Shown here: one piece after another, positions 20,236 through 29,372 of the stretch
Layout of the letters: every line of letters begins with the position of its first letter
Numbering within the stretch: position 1 is the stretch's first letter
Sequence record: NC_047770.1
DNA length: 64,000 nucleotides
Direction: 5' to 3' (one strand)
Origin: Escherichia phage ESCO13
Notes under the pieces: model-generated
The model's input: only the letters and a program-made list of their open reading frames with translations
Database searches by the model: none
What the model was told of the DNA's origin: nothing
Translations under genes and position numbers: made by a program

Positions 20236-21183
20236 CTACAAACTTTCAATAACCTGGCGTCGCAATTCGTTTGCATCTGCCAGATTATAATGTGTTCGAA
20301 CATGTTCCGCTAAGAACAAGCCACGATCTTCCCGATAGTTCGGATTGCGAAGAAGCTTAACAATTTCGTAATGCCATTCTGCTTTATTCTCTGCGTAAGC
20401 AACAGCGCGAGCATCTACAGGGTTAAAATAAGGTAATATCTTAGAACAAACAATTGGAATACCTTTTGCCCCAGCTTCCAAGATTTTGAGATTACTTTTA
20501 CAATTATTAAAATCGTTATCTACCAGAGGAGCTATAGCAATAGCATGACCCTCGTAAACACTCATGTAATTATCTAAATCTTTTACAGCGGCTTTATATT
20601 TAGCATTTGGTAAATTTCTGCGAATCTTAATCCACTCTTGTCCCGTGATGCTCTGTGATGCCTCATATCCCGCAATAGTAAGAAGTTCATCGTCGAAAGT
20701 ATTAGAGACTAGTCGTAAGTCGGGTTCGTGACTAGCACCGCCAGCCCATACGACAGGGGTACCGGATGAACGATCATTTGACAAAGTGAATTGTCCGCTA
20801 TCAAAAGGAAGTGCATTTCGGATCACAACAACATTCCTATTTAAGTGACGGATCTTATATGCCAAGTATTCCGTAGTCACAATGACCACATCAGCAAGCT
20901 TAACCATAGCTACAATAGAATGGGTGTTTGACTCGTATAGACTTGCTAAATAATGTTCTGGATTAAGTTGGTAGAAATCATCTAAATCTACAACAATCTT
21001 AACACCTTGACGTTTCAGGGACAGAACATATTCTGCCCCTTTAGAATGAATACGGTTAAACACGACAACATCTTTCTTAGGCTGAAAATTATTGTTGTTA
21101 AATGGTATAACAATACGATGATAATCACAACCACTGTGAGGTTTTGCATCAATTTTCAGTTTAGTCCATTTTTTATTTGACAT
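20236..21183 (-). CDS. putative glycosyltransferase (paralog 2)
   Basis: Start moved to the ATG at 21183 (MSNKKWTK; RBS GAGGAGG upstream; 315 aa, matching the 314-aa paralog). Confidence 0.55.
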   Translation of the reverse strand: MSNKKWTKLKIDAKPHSGCDYHRIVIPFNNNNFQPKKDVVVFNRIHSKGAEYVLSLKRQGVKIVVDLDDFYQLNPEHYLASLYESNTHSIVAMVKLADVVIVTTEYLAYKIRHLNRNVVVIRNALPFDSGQFTLSNDRSSGTPVVWAGGASHEPDLRLVSNTFDDELLTIAGYEASQSITGQEWIKIRRNLPNAKYKAAVKDLDNYMSVYEGHAIAIAPLVDNDFNNCKSNLKILEAGAKGIPIVCSKILPYFNPVDARAVAYAENKAEWHYEIVKLLRNPNYREDRGLFLAEHVRTHYNLADANELRRQVIESL

Positions 21184-21856
21184 GTGCCAGTGCCTCCTCA
21201 TAAGAAATTCGGATTTTCCCATTTTTAATATCTTCTAAAGACGCTTTATATTCTTCCCAGTTAATGCCAATAGCAGCTTCTTTCTCTTCTTTTGTCAGAT
21301 TAGCAAAAGGCATAGGATTGTTTCCAAAAACATCGTCTGGGTGGATATAAGCCATGATACGAAGTGGACAAGGTATTGCCTGAATGCCCTGATTCAAACC
21401 AGCAGCTTTCAAACGGTGTACCCATTCAGCATCTTCAAAACCATAGCCGTGAGTGTAAGGGCGGAAATAACCCATCTTCTCAACAACGGCACGAGAATAC
21501 ATTGCAAATTGACACATTGCAAGTTCCCAGAGAATAACTTCTCCTTTACTCCCAACAACTTTATCTTTGAAATACTCCGGCATACCAAAGAAATCCCATC
21601 CTCCAGAGACAGCTTGATCTACAAAATATGTTTCCCATCCCTCCATGATTGGGTAGCAATCGTCGTCAAAAATAAACCAATAATCATAACCTTCTTCATA
21701 AAACTGGTGCATAAGTTCATTCCTGGCGTAAGCTACACCTTTACGATCTGGATCGTTGAATACTCGAAAATCTGCATGTGGATCTGTTACAAGATAGTCT
21801 TTAAGTGGACGGACACCTACAGTGATAACACCCACTCCGATTTTAATATTTTCCAT
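21173..21856 (-). CDS. GT-A fold glycosyltransferase (DxD type)
   Basis: 227 aa; WFIFDDDCYP (DxD) and GYGFEDAEW motifs. Confidence 0.55.
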   Translation of the reverse strand: MENIKIGVGVITVGVRPLKDYLVTDPHADFRVFNDPDRKGVAYARNELMHQFYEEGYDYWFIFDDDCYPIMEGWETYFVDQAVSGGWDFFGMPEYFKDKVVGSKGEVILWELAMCQFAMYSRAVVEKMGYFRPYTHGYGFEDAEWVHRLKAAGLNQGIQAIPCPLRIMAYIHPDDVFGNNPMPFANLTKEEKEAAIGINWEEYKASLEDIKNGKIRISYEEALAHVK

Positions 21857-21864
21857 TTTCTCTC

Positions 21865-22428
21865 CTAGATAGTTTTACTGTGATCGTGACAGTGTAATAA
21901 ATGATGTATAGACCGTTGAGGATTTGTTTGACCTAATCTGTAAATGTGAAACAGATACATTCCCCGCATCAATCCTAACCTTTTTCCTTTTTCATGTAAA
22001 GTGCGAGAGAAAATTAGGTCGAATTGGATAGATTTTTCTTCGAAAGGAATTTCATTCCACAATGATTTTCTAAAAAGCAAAAAGAAACCTGCCAGAGGTG
22101 TTCCGAAAGGAACTTCTTCAACACTCACTTTATGATATTCTCTTGCAATCTTAGCATATTCTATATGGTTTAGAATATTTGGATCATCGTTAATTTGGTT
22201 AGAGAAAAGCTGATAACCACTACCTAACCTGTTACAAGTTGCACCTATTACATCAAAAGGCGGGTTTGACATAATAAGCTCTTCAAGCATAGATGGTTGA
22301 TCAGGCAGGAGGAACATTGTATCGGTATCTCTTAAGCACACCCAACTATCATCTGGAAGAACGGCAATAGCTTCATTGATAGCCTTGCCGATATTTCCTG
22401 TCAGATAGGGAGTAATATAATAAATCAT
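21865..22428 (-). CDS. putative glycosyltransferase-like protein
   Basis: 187 aa; LRDTDTMF DxD-like motif; fourth member of the tandem block. Confidence 0.4.
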   Translation of the reverse strand: MIYYITPYLTGNIGKAINEAIAVLPDDSWVCLRDTDTMFLLPDQPSMLEELIMSNPPFDVIGATCNRLGSGYQLFSNQINDDPNILNHIEYAKIAREYHKVSVEEVPFGTPLAGFFLLFRKSLWNEIPFEEKSIQFDLIFSRTLHEKGKRLGLMRGMYLFHIYRLGQTNPQRSIHHLLHCHDHSKTI

Positions 22429-22445
22429 TCTCCCCCTCCGTTATA

Positions 22446-22637
22446 TTAACTGTCAGCTACAATCCCACGTTTAATCATTTCTTGTTGGATTTGGATGACA
22501 CGATCTCGTGCTTCCATATATTCTTTAAAAGATTCTTGGAGATGGTCACGAGCTACATCCCGTAGTTTAATCAGCTTGTCGTTTGTCACTTCTTGAAGAG
22601 AGATCTCGCCAGTTTCATTGGTCCCAAGCGTTTTCAT
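22446..22637 (-). CDS. hypothetical protein
   Basis: 63-aa ORF. Confidence 0.45.
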   Translation of the reverse strand: MKTLGTNETGEISLQEVTNDKLIKLRDVARDHLQESFKEYMEARDRVIQIQQEMIKRGIVADS

Positions 22638-22845
22638 TTACAACCTCCTTAATAGCTACTGCACAGTTCTTACAAATACATTGACCTTTGTTCTTAGAAA
22701 TTTCAATGTAAGGTTCATTTTCGTTTTCTCCGCGTCGTGAATCGTATATTACAGTATTGAAGCAGACAACGCAAATGTTTTTAATAACAACATATTTTTG
22801 CACTTTTTGTTTAGTGCGAAAATTTACTTCAATGACTTCTCCCAT
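22615..22845 (-). CDS. small Cys-rich protein
   Basis: Start moved to MGEVIEV (ATG at 22845, TGATG overlap with the upstream stop, RBS GGGGAG); CVVC...CKNC. Confidence 0.45.
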   Translation of the reverse strand: MGEVIEVNFRTKQKVQKYVVIKNICVVCFNTVIYDSRRGENENEPYIEISKNKGQCICKNCAVAIKEVVNENAWDQ

Positions 22846-23129
22846 CAGTGAATCTCCCCTAAAATGTTGTTTTGAGACATTACTGCGGAGCATTCTACAG
22901 CATCATGAGTCCTTGCAAAACGCTCCCACAGCACAGCATCTACTTTAAGAACCATACAAGGATAAATACTGTCGTTGATCATATCAATGCTATATTTATC
23001 TACATCCTTTTCATCTTCCATAAACAAAGTAGCGTATGCTTCCAAATGTTTACGGGTGTAGTATACGTCCTCTTCGGTAAGACCGACAACCAGGTAACTT
23101 GCTACAACAACAGTATTATCTTCTTGCAT
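22845..23129 (-). CDS. hypothetical protein
   Basis: Start moved to MQEDNTVVV (ATG at 23129) to remove the overlap with the upstream hydrolase gene. Confidence 0.45.
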   Translation of the reverse strand: MQEDNTVVVASYLVVGLTEEDVYYTRKHLEAYATLFMEDEKDVDKYSIDMINDSIYPCMVLKVDAVLWERFARTHDAVECSAVMSQNNILGEIH

Positions 23130-23130
23130 T

Positions 23131-23652
23131 TTAACTCCCCTTTGGTAGATAGAAACCATGCACTTTATCTCGATAAACAAGACGCATATCACGCTCCCAG
23201 TGTGTCCTTATATTCCGTTTCTTGAAGTATAGAGCACCTTTAGTAACATCTAAAACAGACCGCAATTCAGGAAAATGTTTCTCTAAATAAAGTAAACGCT
23301 CCGCTATTGCTTTTGCTTCCTGCCACTTATCTTTCTCTGTCACGTTAAAAGTTTTCGCATATGAGAATTGCCCTTTCTGGAACAAGACTCCCTTGACTGT
23401 GTTAGGGAAGTAGGCATCATTTCTTCTGTTGATTACCACATTCCCAACGGCATTCATTCCTTTTTTACCCAGACCGCGACCTTCTGCGTAAATTGCACAA
23501 GCTAATAGAATTTTATCATTATATTGCTTTGTACATTTGTGAACTACTTTAGCGGTTTTTACGTTTGCAGCTTCGGCTTTCGCCACAACAGGTGTAAATG
23601 TAAAAGCAGTTAAGGATAGTAACGCAACTGTTACAAAGTTTTTTATCAGCAA
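23131..23652 (-). CDS. secreted cell-wall hydrolase (SleB/Hydrolase_2-like)
   Basis: 173 aa; signal peptide MLIKNFVTVALLSLTAFTFTPVVAKA; AIYAEGRGLG...GMNAVGNVVINR motif; TTG start after RBS AAGGAGG. Confidence 0.65.
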   Translation of the reverse strand: MLIKNFVTVALLSLTAFTFTPVVAKAEAANVKTAKVVHKCTKQYNDKILLACAIYAEGRGLGKKGMNAVGNVVINRRNDAYFPNTVKGVLFQKGQFSYAKTFNVTEKDKWQEAKAIAERLLYLEKHFPELRSVLDVTKGALYFKKRNIRTHWERDMRLVYRDKVHGFYLPKGS

Positions 23653-23684
23653 ATTTTGCCTCCTTTTTAAGTTAACGAACTTCT

Positions 23685-23713
23685 AGTATAACACGATAGA
23701 GGCTTTATTGCAA
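23685..23713 (-). promoter_or_regulatory. sigma70-type promoter TTGCAA-N17-TATACT
   Basis: Minus-strand promoter just downstream of the TerD stop; adjacent G-rich hairpin GAGGGGG-ACTTCTC-CCCCCTC at 23714-23734. Confidence 0.45.
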
Positions 23714-23752
23714 GAGGGGGACTTCTCCCCCCTCAAAATCATTTGTTAATTA

Positions 23753-24355
23753 TTATGGACATTCATACCATTCTTTTTTACCACCGAAGGCCATCACCAC
23801 ATCGCAAATATCCAGACCAGCTTTACCTACACCATATGCTTTCAGCTTCCATTCTCCATCTTCACGAACCAGGGAAGCCACGTGGCAGATTGTGTTGCCA
23901 GCTACTTCAGGAGCCAGGAAGTCAAAATCCAGAATTTCCACATTGCGCTCGGAGTCGAAGATTTTAAGCATACCTTCAGAAGCATGACCAAAACGTTTCA
24001 GACCTGTATCATCATCAATGGTCAGAACAAAGGCAATCTCTTGTGCATCAGGAGAGATTTTAGCCAGAGTAATATCAATCTGCTCCATGCTGCCAGTTCC
24101 ATCACGAACATCGTCACCAGCGAAGGTAGAACGTTCAGGATCAAACTTGTTAGCATAGCAAACCAGATGACGTGCAGATAGCATTTCAGGATTGCCAGCG
24201 GCATTGTGACGACAAACCAGTGCACTTACATCCAGATCCAGTTTAGAATCAGATTTCCAAGAGAATTCCAGACGCAGTTCTTTCAGAGCCGGAGCAACTT
24301 TCTTCAGGGAAATTTTTTCGCTAGAACCTTTTTTCAGGGAAATTTTATCAGTCAT
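23753..24355 (-). CDS. terD: TerD-family stress protein
   Basis: 200 aa; N-terminal doubled ISLKK motif, DLDVSA, GDDVRDGTG, FVLTIDD and GEWKLKAYG segments follow the TerD domain pattern. Confidence 0.75.
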   Translation of the reverse strand: MTDKISLKKGSSEKISLKKVAPALKELRLEFSWKSDSKLDLDVSALVCRHNAAGNPEMLSARHLVCYANKFDPERSTFAGDDVRDGTGSMEQIDITLAKISPDAQEIAFVLTIDDDTGLKRFGHASEGMLKIFDSERNVEILDFDFLAPEVAGNTICHVASLVREDGEWKLKAYGVGKAGLDICDVVMAFGGKKEWYECP

Positions 24356-24370
24356 CTTTTGTCTCCTCTA

Positions 24371-24640
24371 TTATTTAAGTGTAATACCAGTTACAGTCAA
24401 TTCTACTTCCAAAAGCTTAGATGTGTTTTGGATTGATACTAATTGTGCATGATGGTTTAGTTCTACAGCAGAATAATCATTTTCCCCATCATCTACTTTT
24501 AAATAAACAATGATTTCACTAAGGTCTAAACCATTTTCGTCAAATGCATTTTCATAGACGAAAGTATCTCCTACATCCAAATCTTTAATGGTAAGGCATC
24601 GTTTATTTACTTTTTGCTCATCAATTTCGAAGTTTAACAC
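24371..24640 (-). CDS. hypothetical protein (paralog of 25662-25940)
   Basis: 89 aa; shares DLDVGxTF.Y..A..E.GLD and (V/L)E(V/L)TVTGITLK-type C-terminus with the paralog. Confidence 0.5.
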   Translation of the reverse strand: MLNFEIDEQKVNKRCLTIKDLDVGDTFVYENAFDENGLDLSEIIVYLKVDDGENDYSAVELNHHAQLVSIQNTSKLLEVELTVTGITLK

Positions 24641-24869
24641 TTCTTCCTCCTAATGTTATCTCCGGTTTGTATATACGAAGAATTATAGCATTTTCATTTT
24701 CTTTGTCAACCCATTCTTCATAATCAGGCCATACATGAATCTCTACTCTACTTACAATATCTTCCATTCGCACAGTCCCAATGAAATACTCTTTGAGACT
24801 GCGCATAATGAAAGCTTCTCTCTCGCGCCAATAATTTTCTATGACTTGAGAGGCAAGCTCGTCGATCAT
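24621..24869 (-). CDS. hypothetical protein
   Basis: 82-aa ORF; ATGA-type overlap with the upstream gene. Confidence 0.5.
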   Translation of the reverse strand: MIDELASQVIENYWREREAFIMRSLKEYFIGTVRMEDIVSRVEIHVWPDYEEWVDKENENAIILRIYKPEITLGGRSVKLRN

Positions 24870-25660
24870 TTTTTAGCACCTACTTTAACAACCCACTCTC
24901 CGAACTCTTCAGATAAGAGTTTGTCATAAAGCTCTGAATCTGTCAAGTCTAAATCTTTAATGCCAATAAAACCAACATTATCATAAGCATTTGCCAGTTC
25001 TTTCAGGAAGCCAAACTTCTCATTACCAACGCCAACCATGAACCAATAAATAGGTTTATTCTTATTCTCTTCAATAAGACGACGAACAGCACTAGGATCA
25101 CCATTCTCACCATCCGTCTGGAAGAATACAACACCAGGGGTAACGTCAGCACCTGGTTCAGACACAGCTACAACCTTTTCACGCTCTACAGATACTGTTT
25201 CAGTTTTACCAAGCAGACGATTAAAGAAGCCTTTCTTTGGAGCCTCCTCTTGTACCACTTGTTTAGTGGTAATATATTTGGTAACAGTGCCAAAATACTC
25301 ATCGTAGATATCTGCCATTACAGGGGCGTAATTTGTTCCACCTCCGATACGAACATTACGCATACATTTACCAACATAGTCATCGTAAACGTCTGCTGTT
25401 GCTGGAGTAAGCTCTTGGGAACTCGTATTGAAGGCCCACATATCAATTTGTTGATTATCGTCGAACAGCATACCAAAAGGAAGCAGTTTACCTACAAAAT
25501 CACTCACTACCCCACTAGAATATAGACCATGCATACTACCAGAAATATCTAGAGCACATGCTACACGAAGAACAATCTTACCTTCATTCAGGTTCTTATT
25601 CTTTTTCAGAGAGAAAGCAAGGTTTTCTTGACGTTTTTTCAGGCTGATTTTCTCGGACAT
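24866..25660 (-). CDS. vWA-domain protein (TerY-like)
   Basis: 264 aa; MIDAS motif ALDISGSM; N-terminus MSEKISLKK echoes the TerD N-terminus. Confidence 0.65.
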   Translation of the reverse strand: MSEKISLKKRQENLAFSLKKNKNLNEGKIVLRVACALDISGSMHGLYSSGVVSDFVGKLLPFGMLFDDNQQIDMWAFNTSSQELTPATADVYDDYVGKCMRNVRIGGGTNYAPVMADIYDEYFGTVTKYITTKQVVQEEAPKKGFFNRLLGKTETVSVEREKVVAVSEPGADVTPGVVFFQTDGENGDPSAVRRLIEENKNKPIYWFMVGVGNEKFGFLKELANAYDNVGFIGIKDLDLTDSELYDKLLSEEFGEWVVKVGAKK

Positions 25661-25661
25661 A

Positions 25662-25940
25662 TTATTTCTCCTTCTTAAGTGTAATATTGGTAACTTCTAA
25701 ATCTACTTCCACCATATTTGTATCTGGTGGGATGCAATGAGTATAGCCTCGTTGTGCTAGTGATCCATTAATACAAATCGCACTGTTTGTGGAATTTTTA
25801 ATGAACACCAAGTTACGGTAGGTATCCAACCCTGCGTCTTCATAGGCATCATAATACATGAATGTGGCCCCTACGTCAAGATCTTCGAAAGCAATAGGTA
25901 AATCCTGACTTTTTTCTTCTTGAATATTGAATCTAAACAC
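25662..25940 (-). CDS. hypothetical protein (paralog of 24371-24640)
   Basis: Probable GTG start at 25940 after RBS GAGGAGG; the track ATG at 26006 would overlap the upstream gene by 74 nt. Confidence 0.45.
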   Translation of the reverse strand: MFRFNIQEEKSQDLPIAFEDLDVGATFMYYDAYEDAGLDTYRNLVFIKNSTNSAICINGSLAQRGYTHCIPPDTNMVEVDLEVTNITLKKEK

Positions 25941-26496
25941 GCATACCTCCTCTACCAATTTTGAAGCCCAAATCGTAAGCTTCCTTAGTGATCTTTTGTA
26001 ACTCACTTATAGGAAGTGTTACAAGAGGATCATCTTCTTCAATTTCCATCTTGTCATCTTCTGTTTCAATGAGAGTATTATGCACTTTGTGATAAGGGTT
26101 GTCAACACGTTTAAACTTATTCTTTTCTGTGCTGAAAAAACAATCTGGATCTTCTTCGCCATCACCCCAACCTTGGTTAGGATCTCCGTCAGATTGTTCT
26201 GTAGGGATTTCACCTGTAAAATACTCTTCCAGCACCATAGCGATACCATCCCTTGGATTCGAGGAATGCATTAAATCACAAACCTTACCCCAATCCATAG
26301 CCCATTCGAACCGTTCACGAACGCCATTTTCATCCTCCTTTCCAGAGAAAACACAACCATAACTATCATAGTTGCCATACATCTCTTCAATAACAACACC
26401 GTCCTTCAAAAGAAAGAGATAACAAGGTGATCCGTCGAAAGAAGTAGAAAGGGCAGCTTTGCCCGATTCTTTGCACAAAAAGCTAAAACAACCCAT
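25933..26496 (-). CDS. hypothetical acidic protein
   Basis: 187-aa ORF. Confidence 0.5.
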   Translation of the reverse strand: MGCFSFLCKESGKAALSTSFDGSPCYLFLLKDGVVIEEMYGNYDSYGCVFSGKEDENGVRERFEWAMDWGKVCDLMHSSNPRDGIAMVLEEYFTGEIPTEQSDGDPNQGWGDGEEDPDCFFSTEKNKFKRVDNPYHKVHNTLIETEDDKMEIEEDDPLVTLPISELQKITKEAYDLGFKIGRGGMRV

Positions 26497-26699
26497 TACA
26501 AACCCTCCTTCAGATTATCAAGAGCTACAGTGGTTTCACAAAATTCTCCATAAGCTTTATGATGTTCCAGAAAAGCTTCGGGTCCACCCCAATCATTGTC
26601 TTGTGTATTCCAGCCATCAATAAAAGCATCTTCAATGATTGTGATCAGTTCTTGTCGGGTTAACTGGATAATATTAGGGTCGTTATCGTAGTTAAACAT
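26496..26699 (-). CDS. hypothetical protein
   Basis: 67-aa ORF. Confidence 0.5.
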   Translation of the reverse strand: MFNYDNDPNIIQLTRQELITIIEDAFIDGWNTQDNDWGGPEAFLEHHKAYGEFCETTVALDNLKEGL

Positions 26700-26865
26700 C
26701 CTCTTCCTCCTCTAAAATATGGAACCCGTAATTACAATAGTCCTGAAAGGTTTCGTGTGCAAGATCTTCTATATCCTCTTGAGACATATCATCTTCAATT
26801 TCGATATCCACAACCTCATTGCATCCACACCAAGCAGTTTCAATATTCACTCGTAATATTTTCAT
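26692..26865 (-). CDS. small hypothetical protein (below the ORF-track cutoff)
   Basis: 57-aa ORF MKILRVNIETAWCGCNEVV...; TAATG overlap with the upstream stop, RBS GAGGAG, 8-nt overlap with the next gene. Confidence 0.35.
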   Translation of the reverse strand: MKILRVNIETAWCGCNEVVDIEIEDDMSQEDIEDLAHETFQDYCNYGFHILEEEEDV

Positions 26866-27065
26866 TACTCCTCCTCCTCCTCATTGAAGTCAATATCTGC
26901 AAGGAGTTCGAATTTACGGAAGTTACGACAACCTTCATAAATATAACAATCACGACAAACTGCTAGAACACTTGGGGGATATATGCCTCCCATCGGCGCG
27001 AATCGTTTTTCGTCATCATAACGGACACCAATGTCCTCATCAATTATATAGATACGGATTCTCAT
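26865..27065 (-). CDS. hypothetical protein
   Basis: 66 aa; ATGA overlap with the TelA-like gene. Confidence 0.5.
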   Translation of the reverse strand: MRIRIYIIDEDIGVRYDDEKRFAPMGGIYPPSVLAVCRDCYIYEGCRNFRKFELLADIDFNEEEEE

Positions 27066-28174
27066 TTACCAAGCCCTCGTTTCACAGCAGCTACCATCCC
27101 GTCTTCCAAAGATTGAACTTCATTAATATAATCAACACGAGCAGCACGGGCTTCCGTATTGATGCGGTTAGTTTCTTCCAACATCTTAACCAAGTTTTCC
27201 TGATCGTGACGCAGAGTTTCAATATCCAACACTTGACGGTTAGCCAGTGCTGCTGCTTCGATCTGATTCTGTGTGGCAAGATCGCTACCCAGTTTAATTG
27301 CCAGGTTAAATTCATCAAGAACGTTATTCTGCGTCTCTGCTGCTTTCATTTGACGTAAGCTCTCGATATACATTGAGAAGTTAGCAGAGTAAGCAGGAAT
27401 AACATTATTTACTATGTTACGCGCAGATCGCATTAAGCTTGCAGAAACTTTTTGCATACCTTGTACACGCGGTCCCATTTGGACACACAGTAGGCGCAAT
27501 GCTTTTAAATCTGCAATACGAATCTCCAGAAGATCCAAAGTATCTCGGATCACTTGTCGCTGTTCTACTGCATCTTCTGGAAGAGCAGCCAAAGCTTGTT
27601 CTTCTTTTTCATAGGTTGCTGTTAGAAGCTGCATATCTCGGTTCAAACTTGCAGCATATTGTCCAATAGCTTGATGTAGCTTTTCAAGATATACCAAGGA
27701 ATCTTCTTCTTTGCGAATATCCATTTGAAGGTTTTTTACCAACTCTTCAATACGGTTATTAACATTATCAAACTCCCCAAACAGATCTTCTTTCATACCC
27801 ATAACTTTTTTAATGAGTTTAGTAATACCCTTGCTTTGTTTAATAGAGTTTGGATCAAGTTGTTTTGCCTGTTTAATCAAAGCTGTGAGTCGTTCACTCA
27901 TCTGATCGCCTTGATTACTACGTTGATGTTTTAATACCTCGGCATTCAAGGAACGCAAGGTTGTTCCTGCCTCTGCCCCAATCTCTTCGATCTCTTGTCG
28001 GGTCATAGAAGGCAAAACTGGAACTTCTTGCGGTGCCGCTGGTGCATAAACAGGACTGGCATCTAACACGCTTGGAGCGAATACAGATTTACTTGCATCT
28101 GTTGTTGCAGCAAATACGCTCATTTCAGGCTTCTTCTGACCGCCAGTAGCTGCTTTTAAAAATGGACTTGTCAT
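27062..28174 (-). CDS. telA: TelA-like (toxic anion resistance family) protein
   Basis: 370 aa, all-helical, coiled-coil-rich; size and composition fit TelA/KlaA; sits next to the TerD, vWA and TerC genes. Assignment by context, not a verified domain hit. Confidence 0.45.
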   Translation of the reverse strand: MTSPFLKAATGGQKKPEMSVFAATTDASKSVFAPSVLDASPVYAPAAPQEVPVLPSMTRQEIEEIGAEAGTTLRSLNAEVLKHQRSNQGDQMSERLTALIKQAKQLDPNSIKQSKGITKLIKKVMGMKEDLFGEFDNVNNRIEELVKNLQMDIRKEEDSLVYLEKLHQAIGQYAASLNRDMQLLTATYEKEEQALAALPEDAVEQRQVIRDTLDLLEIRIADLKALRLLCVQMGPRVQGMQKVSASLMRSARNIVNNVIPAYSANFSMYIESLRQMKAAETQNNVLDEFNLAIKLGSDLATQNQIEAAALANRQVLDIETLRHDQENLVKMLEETNRINTEARAARVDYINEVQSLEDGMVAAVKRGLGK

Positions 28175-28761
28175 TCTTCATTCTCCTCTTCTGCATCTCT
28201 TATATATGGTGAAACACCGTACTCTTTAGCTACTTTAACCCAATCGTCCCATTTATACAACCATAATTTTCCTTCGGTCCCTTCTTTATCTGATTTCAAC
28301 CACATATTAGGTTGCTTACCTGGGTACATGCGATTAGGTTTACGATTATAACCTCTAACACATCTTGTCGCAAACCTATCTACCAGAACAAGAACATATT
28401 TATATTCGTGGTTCAACGGCTCTTTGGAAGTGGCTTTAGGATTAGCCCCTAACTCTGCTGCCAGTTTTTGCCAATGAGCACCGTGTCTACTAAACTTACC
28501 CATACAACCATCAATAGCATGAGCAATTTCGTGCTTCATTGTATCCACGATCATATCTCTTGTAGAGTTCTTATGCAAGTGCCAATTTACAACAACAATT
28601 TTATCTCGGTAGTTGCACCAACCGAAAGAGTTATTCACTTTGTTTCTAACACAAGCTTTATATCCTGCTTCACGTAACATGTTGTAGTAAACAGGAAAAT
28701 CTTCTTTTATTTCCTGCATCACTTCCCACCACAAGAGTTGCAAGTCTCTCTCGGTATACAT
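28171..28761 (-). CDS. SprT-like zinc metallopeptidase
   Basis: 196 aa; HExxH motif MKHEIAHAI plus downstream His/Cys. Confidence 0.5.
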   Translation of the reverse strand: MYTERDLQLLWWEVMQEIKEDFPVYYNMLREAGYKACVRNKVNNSFGWCNYRDKIVVVNWHLHKNSTRDMIVDTMKHEIAHAIDGCMGKFSRHGAHWQKLAAELGANPKATSKEPLNHEYKYVLVLVDRFATRCVRGYNRKPNRMYPGKQPNMWLKSDKEGTEGKLWLYKWDDWVKVAKEYGVSPYIRDAEEENEE

Positions 28762-28764
28762 AAC

Positions 28765-29358
28765 TTACACCTTAAAAGTGAAATGCGTGGTCGTGGTTTC
28801 AAAATCAGGACCAGATAAACGTGCACTGAAATCTGAAATATTTGTAATTAAAAAGCTTTTATGCATACCTAACACAGCTACGCTTTCAATATCTTCTACT
28901 AACATTTCAACCATGTTAGAAACATGGCTGAACGTAGAGTTTTGTTTTTTGATGGTGTAGAAAGAAAGATTCCCACCTGCTGTATAAGATACCTCTTCAA
29001 AATCTTTAATCGTATATTGTGTGCCATCAGTAAAGAAAATGGTAGCTTTATTAGTAGCACGTTTCTTGTTTTTTGGTCCTTTTTTACGTTTACTGCGAGT
29101 AGGCAAACCGTTTGGGAACACCATAGCTACAAATTCTTCAGCAGAAACCTCCTTACCGAAATCATAACCATAAGAAACAGCGTCTATAAACTCGTCATCT
29201 TCATTTTTAAAATAATGGAAATAGGGCCAATTTGAAAGATTATCAAGCATCTTATGCTCGTCCACAGCAGAGAATGTATCCCTCAAAGCGCGTGTGATTT
29301 GCAAAGCATTAGGCAACCTTTTAACACCTACGATGGAAGTACGAATAGAAATTGTCAT
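28765..29358 (-). CDS. hypothetical protein
   Basis: 197-aa ORF. Confidence 0.5.
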   Translation of the reverse strand: MTISIRTSIVGVKRLPNALQITRALRDTFSAVDEHKMLDNLSNWPYFHYFKNEDDEFIDAVSYGYDFGKEVSAEEFVAMVFPNGLPTRSKRKKGPKNKKRATNKATIFFTDGTQYTIKDFEEVSYTAGGNLSFYTIKKQNSTFSHVSNMVEMLVEDIESVAVLGMHKSFLITNISDFSARLSGPDFETTTTHFTFKV

Positions 29359-29372
29359 TGTTTTTCTCCTTA

